The notes under the pieces are model-generated. The model saw only the letters and a list, made by a program, of their open reading frames with translations, was not told the origin of the DNA and did not search any database. A program made the position numbers and the translations under genes. 64,000 bases of DNA from an uncultured delta proteobacterium. GTDB taxonomy: Bacteria; Myxococcota_A; Polyangia; Polyangiales; Polyangiaceae. This document shows positions 39,094 to 48,424 of the stretch, piece after piece. The stretch spans positions 224,001 through 288,000 of the forward strand of contig CAVQUB010000003.1 in assembly GCA_963716725.1 (NCBI GenBank), written 5' to 3'. How positions within the stretch are numbered: position 1 is the first letter of the stretch; each line of letters starts with the position of its first letter.

Positions 39094-39380
39094 CGGCTAC
39101 GCCGGCAGCGGAGGTGGGACTTGCCTGGGCGGTCCGGGAACGCCCTGCACGGACGAGAGCCAGTGCTGCCAGGTGGACACGAACGGCGACACCTGCGTTG
39201 GCGGTCCCATCAACCAGTGCGCGGCCCTGTGCTACTCGAGCAGCGATTGTCCGAGCGACTGCTGCGTTGCGCTCCAAGATGAATCCTACGGAGCCTGCGT
39301 CTCCGTCTCGGGGTACACCTGCATGCCGTGAGCGCTCACGCCGTGCGTCTGACCCCTCGCCGACTCGTCCTGCTCGTGCT
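39094..39380 (+). repeat. Direct repeat copy B (start-less variant of the 12-Cys domain plus start of next gene)
   Basis: See copy A; offset 2583 bp in the identical block. Confidence 0.95.
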
Positions 39381-39822
39381 GCTCGGCGGCGCGCTGCTCG
39401 CGCCGCTGGTGGTCGGACGACAGCCGCGCGAGGCCCTCGAGCCGCCACCCGTCGCCAGCGAGGCCTACCCCAACGCGTGGCCCACTCCTCCTCCCGCAGA
39501 CGTCGCGGCGCTCTTCGGTGGGCTCGGCCCGGGGGCAGCGCTCACCCCACGCTGGCGCGTGCGCGGCATCAGCCCGGTGCACGAGCAGCGCATCGTGCTC
39601 GACGTCGCCAGCGGCGACCTGGGCTTCCGGGTCGCGGTGAAATTGAAGGAACGTGACGAACGGGTGCCGCCCAAGCGCACCGCGCGCTACGCGCTCTACA
39701 CCATCCAGCCACGTCCGAGCGCGGAGCAGATCCAAGACTCGGACTACGCGGAGGTGCTCACGGCGCTGGCTGCGATCTTGACCGACCGTGAAGGAAAGGC
39801 TCCGGTGCCCGCGGGTCTGTAG
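39328..39822 (+). CDS. Hypothetical membrane-anchored/secreted protein
   Basis: GTGA overlap with the Cys-domain stop; hydrophobic N-terminus RRLVLLVLLGGALLAPLVVG. Confidence 0.78.
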   Translation: MSAHAVRLTPRRLVLLVLLGGALLAPLVVGRQPREALEPPPVASEAYPNAWPTPPPADVAALFGGLGPGAALTPRWRVRGISPVHEQRIVLDVASGDLGFRVAVKLKERDERVPPKRTARYALYTIQPRPSAEQIQDSDYAEVLTALAAILTDREGKAPVPAGL

Positions 39823-39858
39823 CTCTCGTTGTCGCTTGGGCTCCGCGCTCAGCTGACC

Positions 39859-42800
39859 TCAACCCTGCTCGCCGTCGTTCATCTCGGGAGCACCGCCGAA
39901 GCGCACGTAGAGCGCAGGCAAGGCTAGGAGAGTGACCAGCGACGCGGTCACCAGGCCCCCGATCACGACCGTCGCGAGCGGGCGCTGCACCTCGGCGCCG
40001 GACCCCGTCGCGACGGCCATCGGGATGAAGCCAAACGCCGCCACCATGGCGGTGACCAGCACCGGCCGCACGCGCTCCTCCGCCGCCCCGAGCACCGCGG
40101 CCCGGGGCTCTTCGCCCTGAAGCTGTCGGTTGCGCACCGAGGCGAGCAGCACCACGCCGTTCAAGGTCGCGACGCCGAAGAGCGCGAGGAAGCCCACCGC
40201 GGCGCTCACGCTGAGATCGAGCCCCCGCAGCGCCAGCGCGACGAACCCTCCCGTGGCCGCGGCGGGCACGTTGACGAAGATGAGCAACGCCGGACGAATC
40301 GATCCGAACGCCAGGTAGAGCAGCACCAGCACCGCGGCCAAAGTCAGCGGCACCACCACGGCCAGCCGCGCGGTCGCGCTAGCGAGGTTCTCGTACTCGC
40401 CGCCATATTCCAGATAGTAGCCCGACGGCAGCTTCACCTTGGCGAGGCGTGCGCGAAGCTCCTGGACGAAGCCCGCCAGATCGCGACCGCGCACGTTCAC
40501 TTCGATGAGCACTCGACGTCGACCCTGTTCGCGGCTCACTTGCGCCGGCCCGTCCGAATGCGACACCGCGACGACGTCGCCGAGCAACACCGATCGGCCG
40601 TCGGCGAGCGGCACCCGCACACGTTGAATGGGCCCGTCGTCGGCCGCGGGCACGTTGGCCGATCGGAGCACCACGTCGAAGCGACGCTCTCCCTCGATCA
40701 AGTGACCTGCGTGGCGTCCGGTCCTCAGCGTCTCGATGAACTCCGTGAGCTCTGCCGACTTGACCCCGCGACGCCCCAGCTCGCGAGTGTCCGGGGTGAG
40801 CGTCAACATGCCGAGGCCGCTCATCGGCTCGACGCGCACGTCGGCCGCCCCGCGCGTGCCGCTGATGACCTGCGACAGCTCCTCTGCGAACTTGCGCAGC
40901 TTGCCGAGATCGTCACCAAAAAGCTTCACGCCCACGTCGGCCTTCACGCCACCGATCAGCTCGTCGACGCGCATCTCGATGGGCTGCGTGAAGCCAAAGG
41001 CGGCGCCGGGCAGCGCCTTGTTGAGCTCGGGGCCGAGCACCTCGGCAAATCCCGCCGCGTCCTTGGCCGTCACCCACTCGGCGCGGGGCTTCAGGATCAC
41101 GAGCACGTCGCTCTGCTCCGGACCCATCACGTCGGTGGCGACGTCGGGGCTACCGGTGCGGCTCACGACGCGCTCGACCTCGGGATAGCGGCGCAGCACC
41201 TGCTCGACGACGGTGGTGCCGCGCGAGGCTTCGGCGAGCGTGACGCTGGGCGGCCGCGTCACCTGAATGGCGAGGTCGCCCTCTTCGAGGCGCGGCACGA
41301 ACTCCGCACCGCGTGTGGCCGCCACCGCCGCGCCCAGCAGGATCAGCGTGACGACGGCGCCGGCGGCGAGCTTCCAACGATCGACGAGCAGCGTGACCAG
41401 CGGGCGATAGACGCGCTTCATCCAACGAACGATCCGCGGATCTTCGTGGTGGGCGCCCGTGAGCACGAGCCCTCCGATGGCCGGGACCCAAGTGAAGGTG
41501 AGCACCAGCGCGACGCCGAGCGCAAACAGCACCGTGAGCGCCATGGGGCGAAACATCTTGCCTTCGACACCCTCGAGCAGCAGCACCGGCACATAGACGA
41601 TGGCGATGATGAGCACGGCCATGGTCACCGCCCGTCCCATCTCGCCGGCGACCCGCCCCATGGCTTGTTTGCCCGTCAGGCGATGCGCCGCCATGGCGGC
41701 GAGCGCGCCTTCGACCACGACGACGGAGCCGTCGACCACCAGCCCAAAGTCGATGGCCCCGAGGCTGAGCAGGTTGCCGCTCACACCGAAGTAACGCATC
41801 AACGCGAAGGCGCCGAGCATCGACAGCGGAATCACCGATGCGACCAAGAGCCCGGCCCGCAGATTGCCGAGCATGATCAGCAGCACAATGGCCACGATCA
41901 CGCCGCCCTCGAGCAGGTTCTTCTTCACCGTGCCCAGCACTTCGTCGACGAAGGCGGAGCGATCGTAGAAGGGCTCGACCACCACGCCCTCGGGCAGACT
42001 GCCCTCGATCTCCGACAAGCGCTCCTTGACCCGGGCGACGACCTGATGCGCGTTGCCGCCGGCGATCATCTGCACCATCGTGTAGACGGTCTCGCCTTCA
42101 CCGTCAGCCGTCGCTGCCGCGAAACGCGGGGCCTTGCCGTCCACGACGTCCGCCACGTCCTGCACGAGCACTGCGCGAGTCACGCCCTCGTGCTCCCGCG
42201 TCGCCACGACCTGACGCGCCACGTCCTCGCGCGTGTGGTACGAGGCCTCGGCGCGAACGAAGGTGCCCTCTTCGCTGCGCTCCACGAAGCCCGCGCTGAC
42301 GTTCCTGCCCGCGCCCAGCACCGCCTCTTCGACCATCTGAGTCGTGACGCCGTTGGCGAGCAGCGAGCGTTCTCGCAGACGCACCTCGACCTGCCGCGTA
42401 TCGCCTCCCCACGAGTTGACCTCGACCACGCCTGGCACCGAACGCAGTCGGTAGGCGATGTCCCAATCCAAGAGCGTGCGGATCTCGCCCAGCGAGTGAC
42501 CGGGCCAACGCACGGTGAAGTGGTAGACCTCGCCCAGGCTGGTGGTCAGTGGTCCGAGCTCCGGTCGCCCCGCGCCCGCGGGGATCACCTCGCGCGCCGC
42601 CGGCAGCCGCTGGGCCACCAACTCCCTCGCGGTGGCCAGATCGGTGTCGTCGTCGAAGACCAAGGTGACGGCGCTGACGCCAGAGCGCGAGATGGAGCGG
42701 ATGCGGGCGACGTGCGGCACGCCCGTCATCGCCAGCTCGACGGGCTGCGTGACGAGCCGCTCGACCTCGGTCGGTGAGAGTCCGGGTGCGCTGGTCAGGA

Positions 42801-42945
42801 CCTGGACCTGCACGTTGGTCAGGTCGGGAACCGCGTCAATGGGCAAGGTCTGGTAGCTCCGCACACCGATCACGATCAGCGCGATGGCGCCCAAGATGGT
42901 CAGCAGCGGGTACTGAACGACGAGACGTGCGAGGCGCCCGATCAT
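39859..42945 (-). CDS. czcA: Heavy-metal efflux RND permease (CzcA/CusA family)
   Basis: LPIDAVPDLTNVQVQV, NLLSLGAIDFGLVVDGSVVVVE, EGKMFRPMA, GAEVQRPLATVVIGGL; 1028 aa. Confidence 0.97.
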   Translation of the reverse strand: MIGRLARLVVQYPLLTILGAIALIVIGVRSYQTLPIDAVPDLTNVQVQVLTSAPGLSPTEVERLVTQPVELAMTGVPHVARIRSISRSGVSAVTLVFDDDTDLATARELVAQRLPAAREVIPAGAGRPELGPLTTSLGEVYHFTVRWPGHSLGEIRTLLDWDIAYRLRSVPGVVEVNSWGGDTRQVEVRLRERSLLANGVTTQMVEEAVLGAGRNVSAGFVERSEEGTFVRAEASYHTREDVARQVVATREHEGVTRAVLVQDVADVVDGKAPRFAAATADGEGETVYTMVQMIAGGNAHQVVARVKERLSEIEGSLPEGVVVEPFYDRSAFVDEVLGTVKKNLLEGGVIVAIVLLIMLGNLRAGLLVASVIPLSMLGAFALMRYFGVSGNLLSLGAIDFGLVVDGSVVVVEGALAAMAAHRLTGKQAMGRVAGEMGRAVTMAVLIIAIVYVPVLLLEGVEGKMFRPMALTVLFALGVALVLTFTWVPAIGGLVLTGAHHEDPRIVRWMKRVYRPLVTLLVDRWKLAAGAVVTLILLGAAVAATRGAEFVPRLEEGDLAIQVTRPPSVTLAEASRGTTVVEQVLRRYPEVERVVSRTGSPDVATDVMGPEQSDVLVILKPRAEWVTAKDAAGFAEVLGPELNKALPGAAFGFTQPIEMRVDELIGGVKADVGVKLFGDDLGKLRKFAEELSQVISGTRGAADVRVEPMSGLGMLTLTPDTRELGRRGVKSAELTEFIETLRTGRHAGHLIEGERRFDVVLRSANVPAADDGPIQRVRVPLADGRSVLLGDVVAVSHSDGPAQVSREQGRRRVLIEVNVRGRDLAGFVQELRARLAKVKLPSGYYLEYGGEYENLASATARLAVVVPLTLAAVLVLLYLAFGSIRPALLIFVNVPAAATGGFVALALRGLDLSVSAAVGFLALFGVATLNGVVLLASVRNRQLQGEEPRAAVLGAAEERVRPVLVTAMVAAFGFIPMAVATGSGAEVQRPLATVVIGGLVTASLVTLLALPALYVRFGGAPEMNDGEQG

Positions 42946-42948
42946 CGC

Positions 42949-44061
42949 CTACTCCAGCCGCGAGCGCATCAGCTCGCCCTTCAAGAGCAGCGCTCCTCGC
43001 TCGACCACTCGCTCGCCAACCTGGACTCCGTCGTCGAGGAAGACTCGTGGTCCCGCGTACTCGGCGACGCGCACGCTCCGCGCTTCGAAGCGGCCGACTC
43101 CCTCTACGGCGACGAAGACCATCGGCACTTCATCGACGCTGACCACGGCGTCCCGAGGCAGCGAGATCAGCTGTTTGTCCCCGGCCGACGCGCGCTCGAT
43201 GGCCACGTCCACGAAGGCGCCGGCGTGAAGCTCCCCGCAATTGGCGCCGAGGCGGATACGGAAGGGCACCGTGCGCGTCTTGTCGTCCACATGCGGCGCG
43301 TGGGATTCGACCTTGGCCTCGCAGGCAAGGGGCTTGCCCGCCACCGAGAGCGTCGCGCTCGCCCCTTCGGGGACCAGGTCAGCGTCGTTCTCGGCCACGT
43401 CGGCCCGCGCCAGCAGGCGACTGGTGTCGACCAGACGGAAGAGCGGCGCCGTGGCCTCGACGGGCGCACCCACCACGCCGTTCACCGCGACGATGGTGCC
43501 GTCGATGGGCGCCCGGAGCACCAGCGCGGCACCGCCCGCAGCGCCGTAGCTGCGCAGGAGCGCACCCGCGGCCTGCTCGTCAGCGCGCGCCGTGTCCACT
43601 TCGCTCTTCGCGTCGGACAGCGCGCGTTCGCTGGTGGCCTTCTCGGCCATCAGCTTCTGTTCCTGCGAGAGCACGCGTTCGGAGTGGACTCGACGCGCTT
43701 TGGCGCGAGCCAGATCCGCTCGCACGCGTGCGATCTCGCCCGCGGCGAGCACGGCGAGCTTGTCGCCCTTCTTCACGTGGTCGCCGCGGCGCACTGCGAT
43801 CTCTTTCACCCGCGCCGTGATGGGCGAGGTGACGGCGGCCTCGCCGTCCGGCGGCGCCTCGATCTGACCGGTGGCGACGACAAAGCCTCCGACTGGCCGC
43901 TTCTCGGCAGAAATCACCGCGATGCGACCGCTGACGATCACGCTCTCGTCGACCACGAGGACACGCTTCTCGGGCTCACTGGTGGCCTGGACGGCTTCGG
44001 GCTCCTGCTTGGAGCAAGCCACGAGCAAGAGCACCACCAGCGGCAACAGAGACTTGGTCAT
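42949..44061 (-). CDS. czcB: RND efflux periplasmic adaptor subunit
   Basis: Lipobox LVAC; lipoyl half-motifs GDHVKKGDKL and LRAPIDGTIV; VDDKTRT; GERVVERGA. Confidence 0.93.
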   Translation of the reverse strand: MTKSLLPLVVLLLVACSKQEPEAVQATSEPEKRVLVVDESVIVSGRIAVISAEKRPVGGFVVATGQIEAPPDGEAAVTSPITARVKEIAVRRGDHVKKGDKLAVLAAGEIARVRADLARAKARRVHSERVLSQEQKLMAEKATSERALSDAKSEVDTARADEQAAGALLRSYGAAGGAALVLRAPIDGTIVAVNGVVGAPVEATAPLFRLVDTSRLLARADVAENDADLVPEGASATLSVAGKPLACEAKVESHAPHVDDKTRTVPFRIRLGANCGELHAGAFVDVAIERASAGDKQLISLPRDAVVSVDEVPMVFVAVEGVGRFEARSVRVAEYAGPRVFLDDGVQVGERVVERGALLLKGELMRSRLE

Positions 44062-45299
44062 CGTCCGCCTCCCGCTTTTCGACCACCACCCGTCAAACGC
44101 AGCAAGCGAATGTCCGCGCGCCGCACCTCCGCGGCCGCCTCGGCCCAGCGCTCCTCTGCGAGCAAGAGTTCGCGGCGTGCGGCGAGCACGAGCGCGGCGT
44201 CGGTGCTGCCAGCTTCGTACTGCGCCAGCGATTGCCGCAGGGCCTCGCGAGTCGGAAGGATGACCGTCTCGCGCAGCGCGTCGCGGATCTCACGCGCGTG
44301 CTGACGCTCATGGACCGCGAGGTCGAGCTCACGCTCCAAGTTAACCCGCACGTGGCGGACCTCCGCTCGCTGGACAGCAGCGTCCGAGCGCGCGCGCGCG
44401 GTGTCGAGGGCGGCGGGGTTCACCAGCGGCAACGGAAAGGACGCTCGCGCCAAGACGAGCCAGTCGCCGGTGCCCTCCCGAGTCACGCTGGGTCCGATCG
44501 ACAAGGACGGTACGCCAGCCGCTCGCGTGACCTCGATGGATCTGTCAAGACGCTCGGCAGCCGCTTCGGCCGCGAGCACGTCGGGTTGCGCCCCGCGGGC
44601 GCGGGCCAAGAGCGGGGCGAGGTCCATGGGTCGATCGGCGAGGGCGAGGGGTCCCGCAGCGTCTATGCTGCGACCGCGGATCCCGGTCAGGTGCCCCAAG
44701 GCGACCTCGGCGACGTGGGCCCTGCCCTCGGCTTCGATCACGTCGATGCGAGCGCGACCCGCCAGGGCCTTCGCGGTGGTCTCCTCGGATGGTGGAGCGC
44801 TTCCCGCACGAACCCGCGCGCCCGCGATCTTGGCGATGGTGAGCGCGTGTTCCAACGACTCGCGGCGCTTCTGTTCGAGCTCACGCGCGAGCCGCAAGTC
44901 GACCCACGACAGCGCGGCCTCGGCGCGAACATCGTGGACGCCCACGCGGAGCCGAGCGTCGGCCTCGCCCGAGGCGGCCCTCGCCCAGCGCTGACGCGCG
45001 GCGCCCACGCCGCCGAGGGGCAGGTCCTGCCAGAGGCCGAGGGTCGCGTCCACGCCGATCCGACTCGGGTCGGCTCGGAACCGCGGGCCGATCTCGACCT
45101 CGATCCGGGGCGGCTGCGACAGTCTCTGATCTGCCGCCCGCCGCAACCCTTGCGCGCTCCCGACCGCTGCTCGCTTCGGACCCAAGGCCGAGGCGGCCTG
45201 CTCGGCGCGACGCATGGCCTCGTTCAGGTCCATCGACACGGGTGCAGCGGCGGCTGTACCGGACAAAGACACGAGAGTGAGGACGAAGAGAGATCGCAT
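44058..45299 (-). CDS. czcC: TolC-family outer-membrane efflux protein
   Basis: Signal peptide; QPDVLAAEA, ASFPLPL, QYEAGSTDAALVLAARR; first gene of the RND operon. Confidence 0.88.
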   Translation of the reverse strand: MRSLFVLTLVSLSGTAAAAPVSMDLNEAMRRAEQAASALGPKRAAVGSAQGLRRAADQRLSQPPRIEVEIGPRFRADPSRIGVDATLGLWQDLPLGGVGAARQRWARAASGEADARLRVGVHDVRAEAALSWVDLRLARELEQKRRESLEHALTIAKIAGARVRAGSAPPSEETTAKALAGRARIDVIEAEGRAHVAEVALGHLTGIRGRSIDAAGPLALADRPMDLAPLLARARGAQPDVLAAEAAAERLDRSIEVTRAAGVPSLSIGPSVTREGTGDWLVLARASFPLPLVNPAALDTARARSDAAVQRAEVRHVRVNLERELDLAVHERQHAREIRDALRETVILPTREALRQSLAQYEAGSTDAALVLAARRELLLAEERWAEAAAEVRRADIRLLRLTGGGRKAGGGR

Positions 45300-45548
45300 G
45301 AGACTGTTGCGCGGAGCACGATCCGTGCGCGCCGGGACCATCCGTGCCTTCGGGCGAGCCAGGGCTCAATCCGTCGGATGGCGGATGCCGGGATTGGCAG
45401 CTGAATCGCCGCCCGTTTCTTCGGTCGCCCGGGCGTTCGGCGGCAGCGATCCGGGCGCCGCACGGGGGCAGTCCTCCCCGGGGGTCCCGCAGAAGTTTCG
45501 CGTGATGGCTCCTCGGGCGCACGCACGACTCCTGCTAGGTTCGAAAGG

Positions 45549-45938
45549 ATGCACGCCCCAGCGCGCTCCATCACCCTAGCTTTTGCGCTCGTCATTGCCT
45601 GCGCCTGCAACAAGACAGAACCGCCGGTCCCCTCCGGAGAGGGCTTCGGCTGCGTCAACATCGTCGCGAACAAGGACTTCAGCTGCACCGAGGTCGACGC
45701 GACCAGCACCCAGGAAGAGCGCGAGCGATTCGAGAAAGCCTGCGTTGACTCGGGGCGGCGAAACCTCCGCGGCCGCGTGGTCAGGCACTGCCCTTCCGAG
45801 AGCGTCGTGGCCGAGTGCGCATTGCCCGCAGAGAAGTCGACCATGCGCTACTACGAGAAAGAAATGTCTCCCGAGGCGCGCAAGGGCGCGGCGCTAGGCT
45901 GCAAGCTGCGGGCGGGGGTCTTCTCCGAGCGACCTTGA
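45549..45938 (+). CDS. Small Cys-rich lipoprotein
   Basis: Lipobox ACAC; six further Cys; CPSESVVAEC...RYYE...CKLRAGVF. Confidence 0.75.
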   Translation: MHAPARSITLAFALVIACACNKTEPPVPSGEGFGCVNIVANKDFSCTEVDATSTQEERERFEKACVDSGRRNLRGRVVRHCPSESVVAECALPAEKSTMRYYEKEMSPEARKGAALGCKLRAGVFSERP

Positions 45939-46020
45939 GCTTGCTGCTCGACCGAAGACGATCCGCCCAGACGCGGCTCGGATCATCCGCGAGCGCGGGG
46001 GAGGCGGCCGGTGGGGCCCG

Positions 46021-46965
46021 TCAGCGACTGCCGAGCGAACGGGTCGGTCCCGCCCACGAGCGAGCCTCGACCTTCGCAAGGGACAGCGCGCTCTGGACCG
46101 CGCGGAGCAGCTCTTCCGGTCGAGCCAGGGCACCAAGGCGAGGCACTATCAACAGGTCGCCCCCAGCGAGGGACAGCCACGGCAAGAGGGGGCCGCCGGG
46201 CTCGGTTCCGAGGGAGGCCAAGCTGGCCGCCAACGGCTCCTTGGCGGCAGCCGCCGAGAGCAGGCGCCGTCTGGCACGGCAGAGCCGGACCAGATCGCCG
46301 AGCTCGCCCGGCTCGGAGCGGCGCGCACAGAGGTCGGCGTCGACCACCAGCGCGATCGGTGACCAGGCAGACGGAACGGACTCTCGCAGCTTCGCGGCCA
46401 CACGGTCACGCTCTCCGCTACCACCCGTTCCAAGCCGGATCGCCCTCGAGACGGGCCACGCTGCAAAGCGCGCGCGCTCCGCCAACGGGTCCACGACGTC
46501 GCTCGACCACGCGGCGACGACTCGCTCTCCGGGGTTCGCAGGCTCAGTCGCGATACGAACCTCCAGGCCCGCACCGAGCCAGCTCTTGGCCAGAAGCTCT
46601 TGTGCCCCGTTGAGCACTGGCAGGAGCCAGGCGCGATCCCTGCGGAGCTCGCTCGTCACTTCCTCGGAAGTGAGGTCGACCAAGCCTGGAGTGCTCGACG
46701 CTTCGAGAGCCTCGACCAACGCACGAAGCGTTTGGCACAGCTCGACGCACTCCGCCGGAGGCAGCGCCGCGAGGGCGAGCCACACCGCGTCACCGGTGTC
46801 CCCCGCCGGGGACTTCCCAGGGTCGTCGCGACGCGCATCGTGCACGGATGCCGTCGTCCGATAGGCCAAGCGTGGGCCAGCACTGTTGCTGCGATCCACC
46901 GGCTCGCGTCCCGCGTATCGACGCCACCCCCAGACGCCCACGGCGCCCAGGGCAATGGCAGCCAT
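46021..46965 (-). CDS. Hypothetical protein with N-terminal anchor
   Basis: ATG 5 nt after the upstream stop; MAAIALGAVGVWGWRR; no recognised domain. Confidence 0.6.
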   Translation of the reverse strand: MAAIALGAVGVWGWRRYAGREPVDRSNSAGPRLAYRTTASVHDARRDDPGKSPAGDTGDAVWLALAALPPAECVELCQTLRALVEALEASSTPGLVDLTSEEVTSELRRDRAWLLPVLNGAQELLAKSWLGAGLEVRIATEPANPGERVVAAWSSDVVDPLAERARFAAWPVSRAIRLGTGGSGERDRVAAKLRESVPSAWSPIALVVDADLCARRSEPGELGDLVRLCRARRRLLSAAAAKEPLAASLASLGTEPGGPLLPWLSLAGGDLLIVPRLGALARPEELLRAVQSALSLAKVEARSWAGPTRSLGSR

Positions 46966-46969
46966 TCCG

Positions 46970-47707
46970 CTAACGACGCTGCGCCGAGAACTCGATCCCT
47001 GCACTGGTGAACCCGCTGAGCTTCGTCCCGTCGATCTCGACATGAAGCGAACCCTGGGTGCTCGCATGGCCCGCGCAGTTCGCGTCGATCACGTTGTCGT
47101 GGATATCGATCGTGCAGCTGCCAACGCCAGCCTGCTCGATCTTCCAGGTTCCTCCGAGATCGCCGAACATCGAAGGTTTGGCCGCCGTCCGCGTGCCGAG
47201 GATCTTCGTGAAGGCCGGACTCGGGAGCCACTTGGGAAGCGCCGGAGGCTTCGCGGCCGAATCGACAGCCAGACAAGTTGCCCCGAGCGTGGTCCCGCCG
47301 AGGTCCGTGATACAGCCGTACAGCGGGTCGCCGTCGAGATCGCTCGCCAACCACTGACCGGCGATGTTGATGGGCAGCGCTCCCACCGAGAAGTCGGGCG
47401 TGCCGGCGCGCTCCACGAAAAATGCCGAGTGGGCGTTGTCCCAAGCGTCGGTCCAGTAGTCGACCCGAAAGCCATCGCCTTCAGCCAGCGCGGTGACCCC
47501 TCCGGACTTGGTCTGGATACTGAATCGCGTCGGGTCGATGATTACCGTAGCGACGACCGCGTTCGTTCCGACACTAGTCCCAATGGCGTCCCACACCCCC
47601 GCCAGTTCAGTCGACGTCGCGCCCGACTCCGAGCCGGATCCCTGACACGACAACGCCCCCAACGCGAGGGCGGCCAGCCACCCCCTGCTTCCCCTCAAAC
47701 GCCGCAT
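46970..47707 (-). CDS. Hypothetical lipoprotein (beta-rich)
   Basis: Lipobox ALSC; three L-x-G-x-W repeats (LAGVWD, IAGQWL, LGGTWK). Confidence 0.78.
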   Translation of the reverse strand: MRRLRGSRGWLAALALGALSCQGSGSESGATSTELAGVWDAIGTSVGTNAVVATVIIDPTRFSIQTKSGGVTALAEGDGFRVDYWTDAWDNAHSAFFVERAGTPDFSVGALPINIAGQWLASDLDGDPLYGCITDLGGTTLGATCLAVDSAAKPPALPKWLPSPAFTKILGTRTAAKPSMFGDLGGTWKIEQAGVGSCTIDIHDNVIDANCAGHASTQGSLHVEIDGTKLSGFTSAGIEFSAQRR

Positions 47708-47782
47708 GCCTCAGCATAACTTGGTCGGGGCCGCCGCGGACAGCCCCTTGGCAACGCCCTGCCCTTGATCGGTGTAAGACCC

Positions 47783-48235
47783 TCAGTTCGGCGAGTCGCC
47801 CTCGAGCTCGTGCTTCAGCTCGAGCAGCATGCCGTGGAACCCGTCACAGACCAAAGGCCGCGCCGCCTTGGTCAACAATTTCCCAATCACTGGGATCGCG
47901 ATCTGGAACCGCGTGGTCCAGTGAACCTCGGTCCCCCGCCCCCGTTCGATGAGCTCGATGCGTCCCAGCTCGTGGTCGAAGGGCACCGTGCACTCAACGA
48001 CTCGATACTCGATCACGTGAGGCGGCTCGAAGCGGACGATATCTTCGAGGAAGCGCAGTCGCCCGAGCACCACTTCGCGCTGGGCCCCGACGCCGTTCGC
48101 GTGCTCCCGACCGGCCCGAAGCAGCCTGGCGGAGGTGACTCCTGAGAACCGAGCGAGCGCGCCGTGGTCCGTGATCGCCGCCCACACTCGGCACGCCGGC
48201 GCGTGAATGTACGTTTTCATCAATGCGGTCTGCAT
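47783..48235 (-). CDS. SRPBCC (polyketide cyclase/START-like) protein
   Basis: IHAPACRVWAAITDH, NGVGAQR, EDIVRFEPPHVIEY, GTEVHWT. Confidence 0.88.
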   Translation of the reverse strand: MQTALMKTYIHAPACRVWAAITDHGALARFSGVTSARLLRAGREHANGVGAQREVVLGRLRFLEDIVRFEPPHVIEYRVVECTVPFDHELGRIELIERGRGTEVHWTTRFQIAIPVIGKLLTKAARPLVCDGFHGMLLELKHELEGDSPN

Positions 48236-48424
48236 GCTGCCTCGGCTGCCGGCGCGCCCCGAGGTTAGCCCAAGCGAGCCAGTTTCGGCAGCGCCGCGTG
48301 GCGGACCGGGATGCCGCCGCCACACGGGGCACCGGCACGCCACTGACCCACTCGCGTACACTCGCTGGGAGCCGGCTTCGGTTGCTGCCCGCGCGCACCT
48401 GCCTTGCTAGGCTCGCGAGCTGAG

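Noticed and set aside
36514..39380. Diversity-generating retroelement (template/variable repeat pair)
   Set aside because: Differences are not adenine-specific (many C/T and C/G, often synonymous) and no reverse transcriptase is in the window.
40540..42777. Long antisense ORFs (also 57273-60005, 25229-26914, 29817-31358, 15500-17107)
   Set aside because: Shadow frames of real genes, expected at high GC; no recognisable motifs.
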